A stretch of 64,000 nt of DNA from Octopus vulgaris (taxonomy: Eukaryota), in assembly GCA_951406725.2 (NCBI GenBank), contig OX597816.1, positions 122,636,001-122,700,000 of the forward strand, in the 5' to 3' direction. Shown here piece by piece: positions 27,885 to 39,380 of this stretch. The notes beneath the pieces are model-generated. The model did not search any database. It was given only the letters and a program-made list of their open reading frames with translations, and was not told the DNA's origin. A program made the position numbers and the translations under genes. The stretch's first letter is position 1; each line of letters begins with the position of its first letter.

Positions 27885-28266
27885 TATACATTGTATACAT
27901 TTATTATATGCATACCACCCCCACGTGATAATGCATGTGTATACACATATATACGAAGGATGCTGAAGGGTTCCTAGCTTTAAGGGTGTCGCGAAAGGCC
28001 TGGTTGGAGTCCCATCCGTCCGAGTTCTTTTACAGGACTTAGATGAAATTGAAGCACCGCTGCAATCAGTGTGTGAATTTGAGTGAGGATTATGCTGAAT
28101 AAAATCATAATTAACTGATTCTCTTGAATTTTCTTTTACCCAAAGCCAGGAACTTTTCAGCACGCTCTCGTATATGTGTGTATGTATGTGTGTTTGTGTA
28201 TTTCGATTTACGCGCACACATATATGAACATGTCTACAATACCAACACACACAGACACATGTATGC

Positions 28267-28337
<71 letters not shown>

Positions 28338-28340
<3 letters not shown>

Positions 28341-28527
28341 AGAGTTCACGAAAAAACAAAAGACGAAGACAGGTGGTGTATAAAACAAACAGATGTATTA
28401 GTATAACGCTCAGGAATAGAAAAAGTCTTTTACGTTTCGAGCCTACGCCCTTCTACAGAAAGAGACAGAAAAAAACAATGTGAGAAAAAATGTGTGTAGT
28501 GGCTACCGATCTATCAGGGCGACTGAT
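28338..28527 (-). mobile_element. hammerhead-bearing (TA)n-targeted element, family H1 copy 1
   Basis: Highly similar to 40811-40975 and to the reverse complement of 29870-30030; same terminus at (TA)n. Confidence 0.8.
28426..28463 (-). ncRNA. type I hammerhead motif (A6 changed to U)
   Basis: Minus strand: TCTTT-CTGTAGA-A-GGGC-GTAG-GCTC-GAAA-CG-TA-AAAGA. Confidence 0.65.
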
Positions 28528-28535
28528 ATATATAC

Positions 28536-28581
<46 letters not shown>

Positions 28582-28611
28582 GTATATATATATGTGTGTG
28601 TGTGTGTGTGT

Positions 28612-28647
<36 letters not shown>

Positions 28648-28737
28648 TAAGGGTAGAAATTGATATTTATCAATTAAGACCAGTGGTCTAGCATATTAAA
28701 AAAGAATCCGAAGATTAAAATATTTATATATACCAAT

Positions 28738-28926
28738 TAAGGACTGAACACGAAAAGTGGACAGTCAACATGCTAGATATAGACGTCAAATGTCATTCTC
28801 CACAAAAGATTATGTTCTCAGATCAAACTCAGCACTGTTGAGTTTGATCTGAGAACATAATCTTTTGTGGAGAATGACATTTGACGTCTATATCTAGATG
28901 ACTGTCCACTTTTCGTGTTCAGTCCT

Positions 28927-28928
<2 letters not shown>
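28738..28928. repeat. near-perfect fold-back hairpin, ~95-bp arms
   Basis: TAAGGACTGAACACG..AAACTCAGCA-C-TGTTGAGTTT..CGTGTTCAGTCCTTA; centre 28835; element lies between TA tracts. Confidence 0.9.
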
Positions 28929-29005
<77 letters not shown>

Positions 29006-29130
29006 TTCTCCTGTTGATTCTATGGCACGGAAACACCTTAATTCAGTGTCTGGAATTTGGCAACCGAAATTGCTGAGCACATTGGTGTAGAAACCAGACT
29101 TAAGACATTTACTACTCGAAACTTAAGAAA

Positions 29131-29344
29131 TTTCGAACTGTTTATACTGGAATAGCTTTGCTTTACATCGGCTACGTGTGCATAGAAACCGATATACTCG
29201 AAAGGTCCAGCTGACGAGAGACTACATATGTGCCTGTATACATCCGTGTACCCCAAACAAACTGAATTTACTCAAGCGCAACATAAAATGTATTATTGTA
29301 AAATGTTTACCTTCGTAAATTCTCCAGATTACTTCAGTTTACAT
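29131..29344 (+). repeat. diverged direct repeat of 31187-31414 with decayed hammerhead-like core
   Basis: Shared TTCGAACTGTTTATACTG..CCAGCTGACGA..ACCCCAAACAAACT..GATTACTTCAGTTTACAT; both end at TA-rich tracts. Confidence 0.8.
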
Positions 29345-29367
29345 TGTATATATACATATAAATGTAT

Positions 29368-29786
29368 ATAACAAAATAGTAAATAAAACATATGCATATA
29401 TACAAACATATATGTACGTACCTACATCTATATGTATATATACATGCATATATGGGTACAGGACACCAAAAAAAAACGTCGATCACAATGAGAAACGAAA
29501 ACATAAACACAAAACCAAGGAAATGGACATTTTTCTTAAACAACGAAAAAAAAAAAGACATACAACACAAGGAACATTCCCCTTCTTCAGCCGCCTCTGT
29601 TTTTTCGTTGTTTAAGAAAAATGTCCATTTCCTTGGTTTTCAGTTTATGTTTTCGTTTTTCATTGTGTTCGACGTTTTTTTTTTTTTGGTGTCCTATACC
29701 CATATATGCATGTATATATACATATAGATGTAGGTACGTACATATATGTTTGTATATATGCATATGTTTTATTTATTATTTTGTTA
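29368..29786. repeat. fold-back inverted repeat, ~185-bp arms, ~45-bp loop
   Basis: AAATAAAACATATGC..CTTAAACAACGAAAAAA is reverse-complemented at TTTTTTCGTTGTTTAAG..GCATATGTTTTATTT; same family as 16110-16422. Confidence 0.85.
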
Positions 29787-29789
29787 TTA

Positions 29790-30031
29790 TATGATAGAAC
29801 GCATGCATCCACTTCTAAGTAAGTTGTTGAATCGTTAACTCCTGCACGCATTTTTTTTTCTCTCCTTGCTTCTCTCCGTGTTTCTTTTCTGTGTATCTTT
29901 CTGTTGAAGAGCGCAGGCTCGAAACGTAAAAGACTGGTTTTATTTCTATTCCTTAACCCCATACTAATACAATTGTTTGTTTGTACTCCACCTGTCTTCG
30001 TCTTTTGTTTATTTTCGTAAAGCTTCCCTTT
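29790..30031 (+). mobile_element. hammerhead-bearing (TA)n-targeted element, family H1 copy 2
   Basis: Ends CCACCTGTCTTCGTCTTTTG..TTCCCTT followed by TATATA. Confidence 0.8.
29896..29933 (+). ncRNA. type I hammerhead motif (A6 changed to U)
   Basis: TCTTT-CTGTTGA-A-GAGC-GCAG-GCTC-GAAA-CG-TA-AAAGA; minimal palindromic stem III ACGT. Confidence 0.7.
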
Positions 30032-30074
30032 ATATATGTGTATATATATATCTATATATATGAATGTGTGTGTA

Positions 30075-30118
<44 letters not shown>

Positions 30119-30299
30119 AAATATTAGGGAATAAATCCAAATTTACAAGGAAAAATCAGATTTAAGATTGAATCCAATTTTATAGTAAAATATTATATTA
30201 TAATAAATTAGAGACAAAACCATTATTATGCAAATCAAACAAAGAAAGACTTAAGCCAATACATAAATAATTTATATAAATTAAATTTAACAAATGAAT

Positions 30300-30351
30300 A
30301 ACCACTACGATCGTTTCGTGTCAGCACATCTTAGACATTCTTCAGGTGGTG
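30300..30351 (-). ncRNA. type I hammerhead motif (mirror copy of 30421-30472)
   Basis: Reverse complement of the 30421 motif. Confidence 0.75.
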
Positions 30352-30420
30352 GTTTCTAAACCTTCTTAGCGAGTTTTAAACTATGAACTCATAGTTTAAA
30401 ACTCGCTAAGAAGGTTTAGA

Positions 30421-30472
30421 AACCACCTGAAGAATGTCTAAGATGTGCTGACACGAAACGATCGTAGTGGTT
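30421..30472 (+). ncRNA. type I hammerhead motif with canonical core
   Basis: AACCAC-CTGAAGA-ATGTC..GACAC-GAAA-CGATCG-TA-GTGGTT; 6-bp stem I, CUGANGA/GAAA core, palindromic stem III ACGATCGT, GUA site. Confidence 0.8.
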
Positions 30473-30567
30473 ATTCATTTGTTAAATTTAATTTATATAA
30501 ATTATTTATGTATTGGCTTAAGTCTTTCTTTGTTTGATTTGCATAATAATGGTTTTGTCTCTAATTT

Positions 30568-30617
<50 letters not shown>

Positions 30618-30641
30618 AATCCAAACAAGATATATATATAC

Positions 30642-30756
<115 letters not shown>

Positions 30757-30773
30757 AATATATATATGTGCAT

Positions 30774-31184
30774 ACTCTCTTTACTTCACTTGTTTCAGTC
30801 ATGTGACTGTAGTCATGCTGGAGCACCGCCTTGAGTCGAGCAAATCGACCTCAGGACCTATACTTTGTAAGCCTAGTACTTATTCTATCGGTTTCTTTTG
30901 CCGAACCGCTAAGTTATCGGGAAATAAACACACCAGTATCGGTTGTCAAGCAATGTTGGGGGGGGGACAAATACAGACACACAAACATATATACACATAC
31001 ATATATATACATACATATATACGACGGGCTTCTTTCAGTTTCCTTCTACCAAATCCACTCACAAGGCTTTGGTCGGCCCGAGGCTATAGTAGAAGACACT
31101 TGCCCAAGGTCCCAAGCAGTGGGACTGAACCCGGAACCATGTGGTTCATAAGCAAGCTACTTACCACACAGCCACTCCTACGCC
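30774..31184 (-). mobile_element. SINE family A
   Basis: Reverse complement of the 21011 copy. Confidence 0.9.
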
Positions 31185-31467
31185 TATTCGAACTGTTTAT
31201 ACTGAAATAGCTTTACTTTACGTTGGCTACGTGTGTTTAGAAACCGATATACTTTAAGCAAATGACTCTCGAAAGATCCAGCTGACGAACAGCCTACGCG
31301 TGTGTCTGTTTACACCGCGTACCCCAAACAAACTTAATTTACTCAAGGGCAACATAAAATGTATTATTGTAAAATGTTTACCTTCGTAAATTCTCCAGAT
31401 TACTTCAGTTTACATAGTATGTATATATATACATATATATGTATATATATGTGTGTGTGTGTGCGTA

Positions 31468-31553
<86 letters not shown>

Positions 31554-31654
31554 ATATATATATATGTATATGTATTTATATATATACATATATATGTATA
31601 TATATATATATATATATATTATATATTTGTATATATATGTGTGTATATGTGTAT

Positions 31655-31708
<54 letters not shown>

Positions 31709-32069
31709 GAAGAGATTTGTTTTTAATCTATCTGTACCTATGTTTATGTCACCCAAATAGCTTAGATACACTTCACAAAATCCATTTGTTCTTTGCTTAA
31801 TCGTTCACTTCACATACATGCATGCACACACCTAAGCAGCTATGTATTTCAAATCAACAAACAGGTAGGCAAACATCTTAAATTACCACTCCCAGATCTC
31901 ATTATTCGTTTAATCCCCACATTGAAGTAAACAAATTTATCAAGAATTCTTGACTTCCTGACACTTTGCTACAAACAGCTCACATTTCTTTACACATTCA
32001 TTCATATATACATACATACATGCATACACAAACGCACACACTTACACACTCATGCACACATACACACAC

Positions 32070-32135
<66 letters not shown>

Positions 32136-32137
32136 TA

Positions 32138-33636
32138 CACACCCAGGACCACGCTAATAGCTAAGGAGTGGAATTTAGGTCTTCTCGGTTTTCTATGAAT
32201 CGAATTGATAAAGCTTCTCCCATCTGGTTTGCACACTATCGAAAAACCATTGTTGTTTTCATTATTCTGTGTAACGTCCTTTACTTCAGACTATTCAGTT
32301 TTGGGGTGAACTACGCTAATAGCTTTTGAATGAAAATAGCCCATCTATACATTTTTATCCATATCAAGCATACATTGAGTATATATTTAACTGAAAGCCA
32401 TAATAATATAATAACATTTATTGGCATAATGAATTACTTAGCCCCATGAGCACCCCCCCACCAAAAAAAAAACAATCAGATTGTGGGACCTCCAAAACTG
32501 TGACATCTAGGGATTTAAGTAATATTGGCCGCAAGTTACGTGGGAAACCTGGATAAACAAGCAAAGCCATTTCACCGCTCCCGGACCTCCTCGTGTACCG
32601 AAAACCACCAGAAATCGCATCGTCAGGACAATGGCTTCCATGCGAGAACCTTTGAAACTGCCTCCTCATAGGAGTTTGAGGCTTCAATGGGCCCAAAATT
32701 ACATGACGTTAGACTTGAGTTGTGTTCTGATCACTAAAGAAACCAGGGTGATCCTTGACGAAACTAACGGTTGGGCAAATGGTTGGGTCTATTTTAGAGA
32801 TGAGCGTCACCAACTTTTACGACGTCAACAACAGGGTGGAGGAGTCATCTTGTGGGCTGGTATCATTGGGGACAGACTTGTTGGCCCATTCAGGGTTCCT
32901 GAAGAGGTTAAAGTGATTGCAGCTGCCTTCTGCAATCTCCTGAAGGAGGTCTTGGATCCCTGGCTAGATGACATACTGCTGTCACTTCTAAGGAATCTCG
33001 AATTCATGCATGACAACACTCCCTCTCATTCTACTAGGACCACCCAAATATTCCTAGGGTTTTACGGTATACAATGTGAAAGGTTGATGGTGTAGTCGCA
33101 AGCATCTCCGGATCTCAAACCTATCGAAAATATTTAGTCCATCATTAAACAAGATGTTTATGACGATGGACGCCAATTTACGTTGAAAAATGTCTTATGG
33201 GCGACCATGAAAGCTGCAGTAGAGGCAGTACAACCTGCTATTATTAAGAAATTGACTAATAGGGTTTTTGAAGTTATCTATCAAAATGGCGCTCATGTAG
33301 CTAAATAATTCATTATGACAATAAATGTTATAATATTATTATAGTTTTCTCTTAAATATACACTCAATGTGTGCTTAATATGTATCACTACCCTTCATTT
33401 TATAAAAAACAAAAAAAGGTCTTGATGGTCTATTTTCATTCAAAAGCTATTAGCGTGGTTCACTCAAAAACTGAATAATCTGAAATAAAGGACGTTACTC
33501 AGAATAATGAAAACATAACAAGGGTGTTGCCAATAGTGTTGCAAGCCAGCTGGGAAACGTTTTATCAAAATCGATTCGCAGAAAACCGAGAAATCCTAAA
33601 TTTCACTCCTTAGCTATTAGCGTGGTTCTGGGTGTA
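32138..33636 (+). mobile_element. Tc1-like DD37E (TRT-like) transposon with ~210-bp IR/DR TIRs
   Basis: ACACCCAGGACCACGCTAATAGCT.. / ..AGCTATTAGCGTGGTTCTGGGTGT; ACGCTAATAGCT repeated at both ends of each TIR; TA flanks. Confidence 0.9.
32500..33308 (+). pseudogene. degenerate DD37E transposase
   Basis: RLQWAQNYM..LITKETRVILDETNGW..RRQQQGGGVILWAGI..FMHDNTPSH..SPDLKPIENI*; D(37)E spacing; stops, 1st Asp lost, N-terminus partly deleted. Confidence 0.85.
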
Positions 33637-33640
33637 TATA

Positions 33641-33795
33641 GTGGCTGTGTGGTAAGTAGTCTGCTTACCAACCACACGGTTCCGGGTTCAGTCCCACTGC
33701 GTGGGACCTTGGGAAAGTGTCTTCTACTATAGCCTCGGGCCGACCAAAGCCTTGTGATTGGATTTGGTAGATGGAAACTGAAAAGAAGCCCGTCG

Positions 33796-33830
<35 letters not shown>

Positions 33831-34050
33831 ATGTGTGTGTGTGTGTTTGTGTGTCTGTGTTTGTCCCCCCAACATCGCTTGACAACCGATGCTGGTATGT
33901 TTACGTCCCCGTTACTTAGCGGTTCGGCAAAAGAGACCGATAGAATATGTACTAGGCTTACAAAGAATAAGACTTGGGTCGATTTGTTCGACTAAAAAAG
34001 GCGGTGCCCCAGCATGGCCGCAGTAAAATGACTGAAACAAGTAAAAAAAA
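33641..34050 (+). mobile_element. SINE family A
   Basis: Colinear with 21011; begins just after the Tc1 right end. Confidence 0.9.
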
Positions 34051-34679
34051 AAGAGAGAGAGAGGTTATGAGAGGTAATGGTGTCAATAAGACCCAAATGT
34101 GTCAGATTAAGGTATTTAAGAGTGAGCGTTTTGGAATGTGATAGATAGGTCAACGCTCAACCTGCAAGTTTTGCCTTAAGGAGTCACTTCACATATTAAA
34201 GGACAACTCTCCAGCTCTGCTAAATAAACGTAACATGGCATTAAGCACATGCAGCCACCGCGTCTTTCACACATTCAATTTCTACCACAAATCCAAATAC
34301 CTAAACGACCATGCAGTATATTTCCACAATACCCCTTAGGTAATCACAATAACCTTATAAATCTATATTTTAACTCATGATCTGTCTCATACTCGAATAT
34401 CACAACCATCTAATTATATTCGTGTGTATATGAGTGCATGTATATGTATGTGTGTGTGTATGTGTGTTTGTGTGAATGTATATATGTATGCAAGGTATAT
34501 ATACCTGCGTATACAGGGGCGATAATACATACAGATACACGTATATATGGATGTGCATGTGTACATATACACATGTGTACGAGTTGTAAATATAGATATT
34601 GATATGTATAAATATCTGTATAAATATATAAATACATGTCTAATATATACATTTGTATACACCTTCACGTATATATTTT

Positions 34680-35482
34680 ATTCTACAACTAAGCATTGAA
34701 CCTAATCTATAGTCCATAAATTCTTCATTCCGCCATATTACTCCCTCTCTCTGTGCCCCATCACTTAGACTCTACCATTACATAACTGACACGCCTTTAC
34801 CTTTTACACTATTATACCTCTCTCTCTCTCCCTCTCTATCATCCCCATTACTTCTATCTGACATTCCTTTACTCTTTATTATCTTTTTACACTCTAATAT
34901 CTTTCTCTCTCTATCACCCTAATCTCCCCTCTCCTACTTTCAAGTTATCTTGACTGACCACTAACTGGTACACTTTCCCTATCTTCATCTCTGTAATATC
35001 TCTCTCCTTGCTTTTCTTTTTCTTTTTTTTCTTTACTTTATTCCTCTCTTCGTATTTTTTCTTTTTTCTTTTTCTTCATTTTTTTCTCTGTTCTTTATTC
35101 CCCCCTTCCTGTTTCAACTTGACCTCACAAATACATTCCCTACTTTTAGGTCATTTTAAATAAAACCCTCGATTCAATAGCACTATGTACAAACTCTATA
35201 CTTGGAATGACCATCTTTAAATACTATTGGAATTTACTCACAAGGTATTGGAATCTTATATGTATACCATTCTGCCTAAACAATGGCTCTACAAATGCAA
35301 TATCCCACATCTATTTTCATTCCTCCACTTCACTCTATTTCTTATCTTATCTAAATTAACTATCTCACATCGTCTCCGATGAAGGGATATAATAAATATC
35401 CTAGAAACAGCTGTAAGACCTATTTATAAATGTTCTAAAATCTTCACAGCCTTGGTTTTTTTTATCTCATTCTGAAAAAAAT
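34680..35482 (+). mobile_element. hammerhead-bearing element ending at (TA)n (putative PLE 3' region)
   Basis: Pyrimidine-rich non-coding body, hammerhead at 35372, ends at a TA tract ~60 bp later; 5' limit uncertain. Confidence 0.5.
35372..35419 (+). ncRNA. type I hammerhead motif (U4 changed to C)
   Basis: GTCT-CCGATGA-A-GGGATAT-AATAA-ATATCCT-A-GAAA-CAGCTG-TA-AGAC; palindromic stem III ACAGCTGT. Confidence 0.75.
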
Positions 35483-35596
35483 ATATATATATATATATAA
35501 AATTTAAATAATTTTAAAATTTTACTTTTTATATATATATAATTAATAAATTAAAACTAGTTATAAGTTAAATATATTTAAATGTTATTTATGTTC

Positions 35597-35652
<56 letters not shown>

Positions 35653-35761
35653 AATAGGTGAGAACATTTTTCTAACATAACGATTTAAATATATTCTTTA
35701 ACCTTATAACACAAGCCTTCTGTAGTTTTTTCACTCATTTTTATATTATATATATATGAAA

Positions 35762-35819
<58 letters not shown>

Positions 35820-37649
35820 TGTATATATGCACGGTCTGTATATGTGTTTATGAACATGGTACTTCGTTGGTTACAATATTAGCGGCTTAATGTCGCTTAT
35901 TTTTACATATATTGCGAATTGGGACGAACAACTGCCATGTCTAGCAGACAGGTGTCCAGTATTGAGGAAGGATAAGACCCTGAAATGAATTCTTGTCCAC
36001 TGGTTCCGTCACCGCTGGATGGGAAGGATTCACTCCCTTGCTTGCAATATATCGGATACGGATTTTGTGTCGTTAACCAGCTCGAAGTGGTGTCCACCTG
36101 GGGTTAAAAAAGAGTAGTAACATCGTTCCGTACGGAACAGTCATGTTGGAATGGCAACAAACATTACTTTTCAGTAGAGTTACTACTTGCATCTCTAATA
36201 GAGATTTTAGAATTAGGTACTTTGCTTACACACACACACACACATGTGAGTGTATGTGTGTGTTTGTGTGTATGCATGTACATGCGTGTTCTCTATATGT
36301 GTTTATGAACATGTACATGTACGATGCATGTATGATTAGTGGTTTGAAGTGGTTGGCAGCTCTTTTCTATTTTTCTTGGAATGTCTTTATATTATGACTT
36401 CACTAAGATGTAAACAAGAATTGTGTTTCTACGACGCTACTGTAGCACAAAGAAGTAAAGCAGAATTCACATATGCTGTCGCCAATACAGCATAAGGAAC
36501 TAAATCATAAACCGAATATACGATGATTTGACAGTCTTCCTGAAAAGTTACACTAACTCTGCAATAAGATTTAAACAATGACAGTTTTTCTCTCAGGCAT
36601 GAGGAGAATTCTTTGAAAACGGCTATAACATTCGTAAGCTCTGTTTCATTACTAGTAAACTCTCCAAACAGCTGCAGAGAGATTAAACTAACGGTTGAAA
36701 AACGGCGTCTTGCTAACCGCATACTGCTGTCAAAGATACTACGTATAATCCCCAGATAATATTAAGTTTAGAGCTACATTACTTTAAAACAGCTTTAACA
36801 TCCTACCAACCGTATTTTACAGCTTTATCTGGGAAATTGGAGACTCATTAAAAGTTTTCAAAGAATTTTTTTTCCTTTAGATCACTCAATCTATTCTAAT
36901 GAGTAAAAGAATATTTTTATATATTTTCTTAGTTATAAATGTCACATTAAAATCTATGCTTCTTATCAAACGACTTGACCGCCGTGTATTTCAACTTACT
37001 AGAAATAGTTGCCAAATCACCACCAAATAACTACCAACTACAATAACCACGCACTACACTGCGGTCTTTTATAAGGTACACGCTGTATAATGTTGACATG
37101 AGTTCAATGAATTTTGTTTAAAAATCAAATGGAGTCGATTAGAAAACCATTGATAATCAGCCTTTTTGATCTGGACTGTATAGGGCTAAACAGCAACAAT
37201 AACAAAACCGATGAGAAAAGTCAAGGAAGCCAAAAGTTGAGCATCTGCGTGTTCCACACAATCTGCAAGGATTACTAGCCACTTGTCCCTTAAATTTTAC
37301 ACTATCGTCTTAGAAAATGTTACGACATATTAAACAATGTAGTACTATATTACATTATGTTTGAATATAATCAATAATAGTTTGGTTTGATTAGGTCTAG
37401 TATCAAGGTAGCTAACTACTACCACTAGAACGTCTACAACTATGACAACTATGAATGCAACAACTAAAACACAATTTTCTAACAGTAGTACAGGACCACA
37501 AATTTTAGGTGATCAAGCATTCATTCTAGGAGTCTTTTATCGACCCTCGTAGGAATGAAGAGTCTTGTGCTACAATGACTATAATTCTAATCTAGTGCAC
37601 TTTAAGCTTTGGGGTTGAAATAAACTAATCCAGTAATATGTAATGATAA

Positions 37650-38671
37650 TCTTTATATATATAAAACTGAGAATATGTATCTGTCTGTCTGTCTGTGTGT
37701 TTCCCTAAAACTTGAGAACTACACAACCAATTTCATTCAAATTTTACACATGCCTTACTTAGGGTCCATGTAGTTTCGTGGGCAAAAAGAAATGTTCAAC
37801 TTTTTGCCTAGGGCGAGCCCATAACAATATCATATCTTCTCCACTATTTCAGTATTACGTGTTAAAAGTGAAACAAAAACATTTCTCTATTTTATGTCAG
37901 ATACTTTCACTTTAACAATAAAAATAATAATAACAATTGAATTATATGTAGTAAGTAATAATTAAAATCAAACTAAAGTATAATATAATCGTAACATAAA
38001 AAAAGTAAAAATAGCAATTGGTATAAAATTGCATCCGTGACTTGAACTTGAATAAGTGGTTTCTCATGAATGGGAATAAATTAAAAATAAAATTAGCCTG
38101 CAGAAATGGAATAGTCCAGATGGATAATAAAAGATTAAATTAAAGAAAAGACTATTGTCTATAAAGTATACAATGTAGAGAAAAAAGATTTGAACACATG
38201 GAGGAAAGCACCTTCGAAAAGTGTCTTGGTGTGACCATGAAAGATATCTAATCAGAGGTGGTAAATTCGCCACAATAGAAGCAAGGTTCGAGTCAACGGA
38301 GCGTGCAAGGGAGTACTCGACTCGAACTTGCAAAGTGGAAATATTTTATATCTGGGACGTAGGACGTCCCGGAAAAAGTTAAATATGCCCCCCTCCCGAA
38401 GTAGATGTAGGCTGGATTGTAGCCACATTTCTATACAAGAGGGAGGACAAGATACAATTGATTGTAATTACAAGAGACGGGCTAACAATTCCAGTCCGTT
38501 ATATATTTTGAGTATTGTTATCACTAGCGATATCAAGATATAACTTTGTATTTTGTATTTTATGTGTAGATGTATATATATAGATGTACATGTAATATGT
38601 ACACATATATATATACACATATATACATGCACTAGCACTATGACCCGGCAACGACGGGTCTTTAATGCTAG
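37650..38671 (+). mobile_element. non-autonomous Helitron
   Basis: 5' A|TCTTTATATATATAAAA, subterminal hairpin GACCCG-GCAACGA-CGGGTC (38642-38660), 3' CTAG|T; inserted between A and T without TSD. Confidence 0.8.
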
Positions 38672-38696
38672 TAATGTAATATTTGTAGCACTATTT

Positions 38697-38800
38697 AAGG
38701 TGGTGAACTGGCAGAATCGTTAGCGCGCCGAGCGAACTGCTTTGCGTTATTTCGTCCGTTTTTACGTTGTGAGTTCATATTCCGCCGAGATTGACTTTGC
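38697..38800 (+). mobile_element. SINE family B 5' fragment
   Basis: AAGGTGGTGAACTGGCAGAATCGTTAGCGCGCCG..GAGTTCATATTCCGCCGAG.TTGACTTTGC. Confidence 0.75.
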
Positions 38801-39039
38801 ATGGATATAGCAACAACATGATAGACTACAATCTTCGTCTTCACAGTTAAGTCTTTGATGTCTTTATCATCCCTTCTCCTCAATCCAAGCCCACCCTCTA
38901 CGACGGTATGAATGTTCATCGCGAACTACTCTTGGAATTCTCATTTCCATATCGACTGAAGCAAGCCTATGTACTCGCCCCTTGTTGCAATGATCTTTGA
39001 AACTCCTATGGATCAGCCAGAAGTGGATACAGATATCGT

Positions 39040-39380
39040 TTTGATGAAGTTTGCCATGGTTTCGCTCAAAGAAACTCACCAATACCAAGCGAATCTCAAA
39101 ACTCCAATATGCTGATTACAAAGTGGCACCCAGCTATTCATGCTTAGAACTGCAATATGCAGTCAATAATTTTACCAATGCGTATCACCATTTTGGGCTC
39201 ACCCTAAATACTAAAAGACCTCAAATACTCATCCTGCCAGCCACGAATTCTGGCTTTCAGGATTCTAACATCGTCATTTCGGAAACACCATTTGAACAAT
39301 TTAATCCTTTTGCATACCTTAGAAATATGCTCTCCACCAAATACAATTCTGAGAAAGAAGTGGAGCGAAGGAATAGGAAT
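39040..39380 (+). mobile_element. RTE-clade LINE reverse transcriptase fragment
   Basis: ISKLQYADY..LQYAVNNFTNAYHHFGLTLNTKR..FAYLRNML..EKEVERR (YADD region); an inverted downstream-like piece LTVKTKIVVYHVVAIS at ~38805-38860 (-). Confidence 0.7.

Larger units (their letters stand above)
30195..30577. repeat. near-perfect fold-back hairpin, ~190-bp arms, with a hammerhead in each arm
   Basis: Centre ..AAACTATGA-AC-TCATAGTTT.. (30387-88); arms differ mainly by a GGT indel; element lies between (TA)n tracts. Confidence 0.92.

Noticed and set aside
36429-36722. 97-aa minus-strand ORF
   Set aside because: No recognisable domain or splice support
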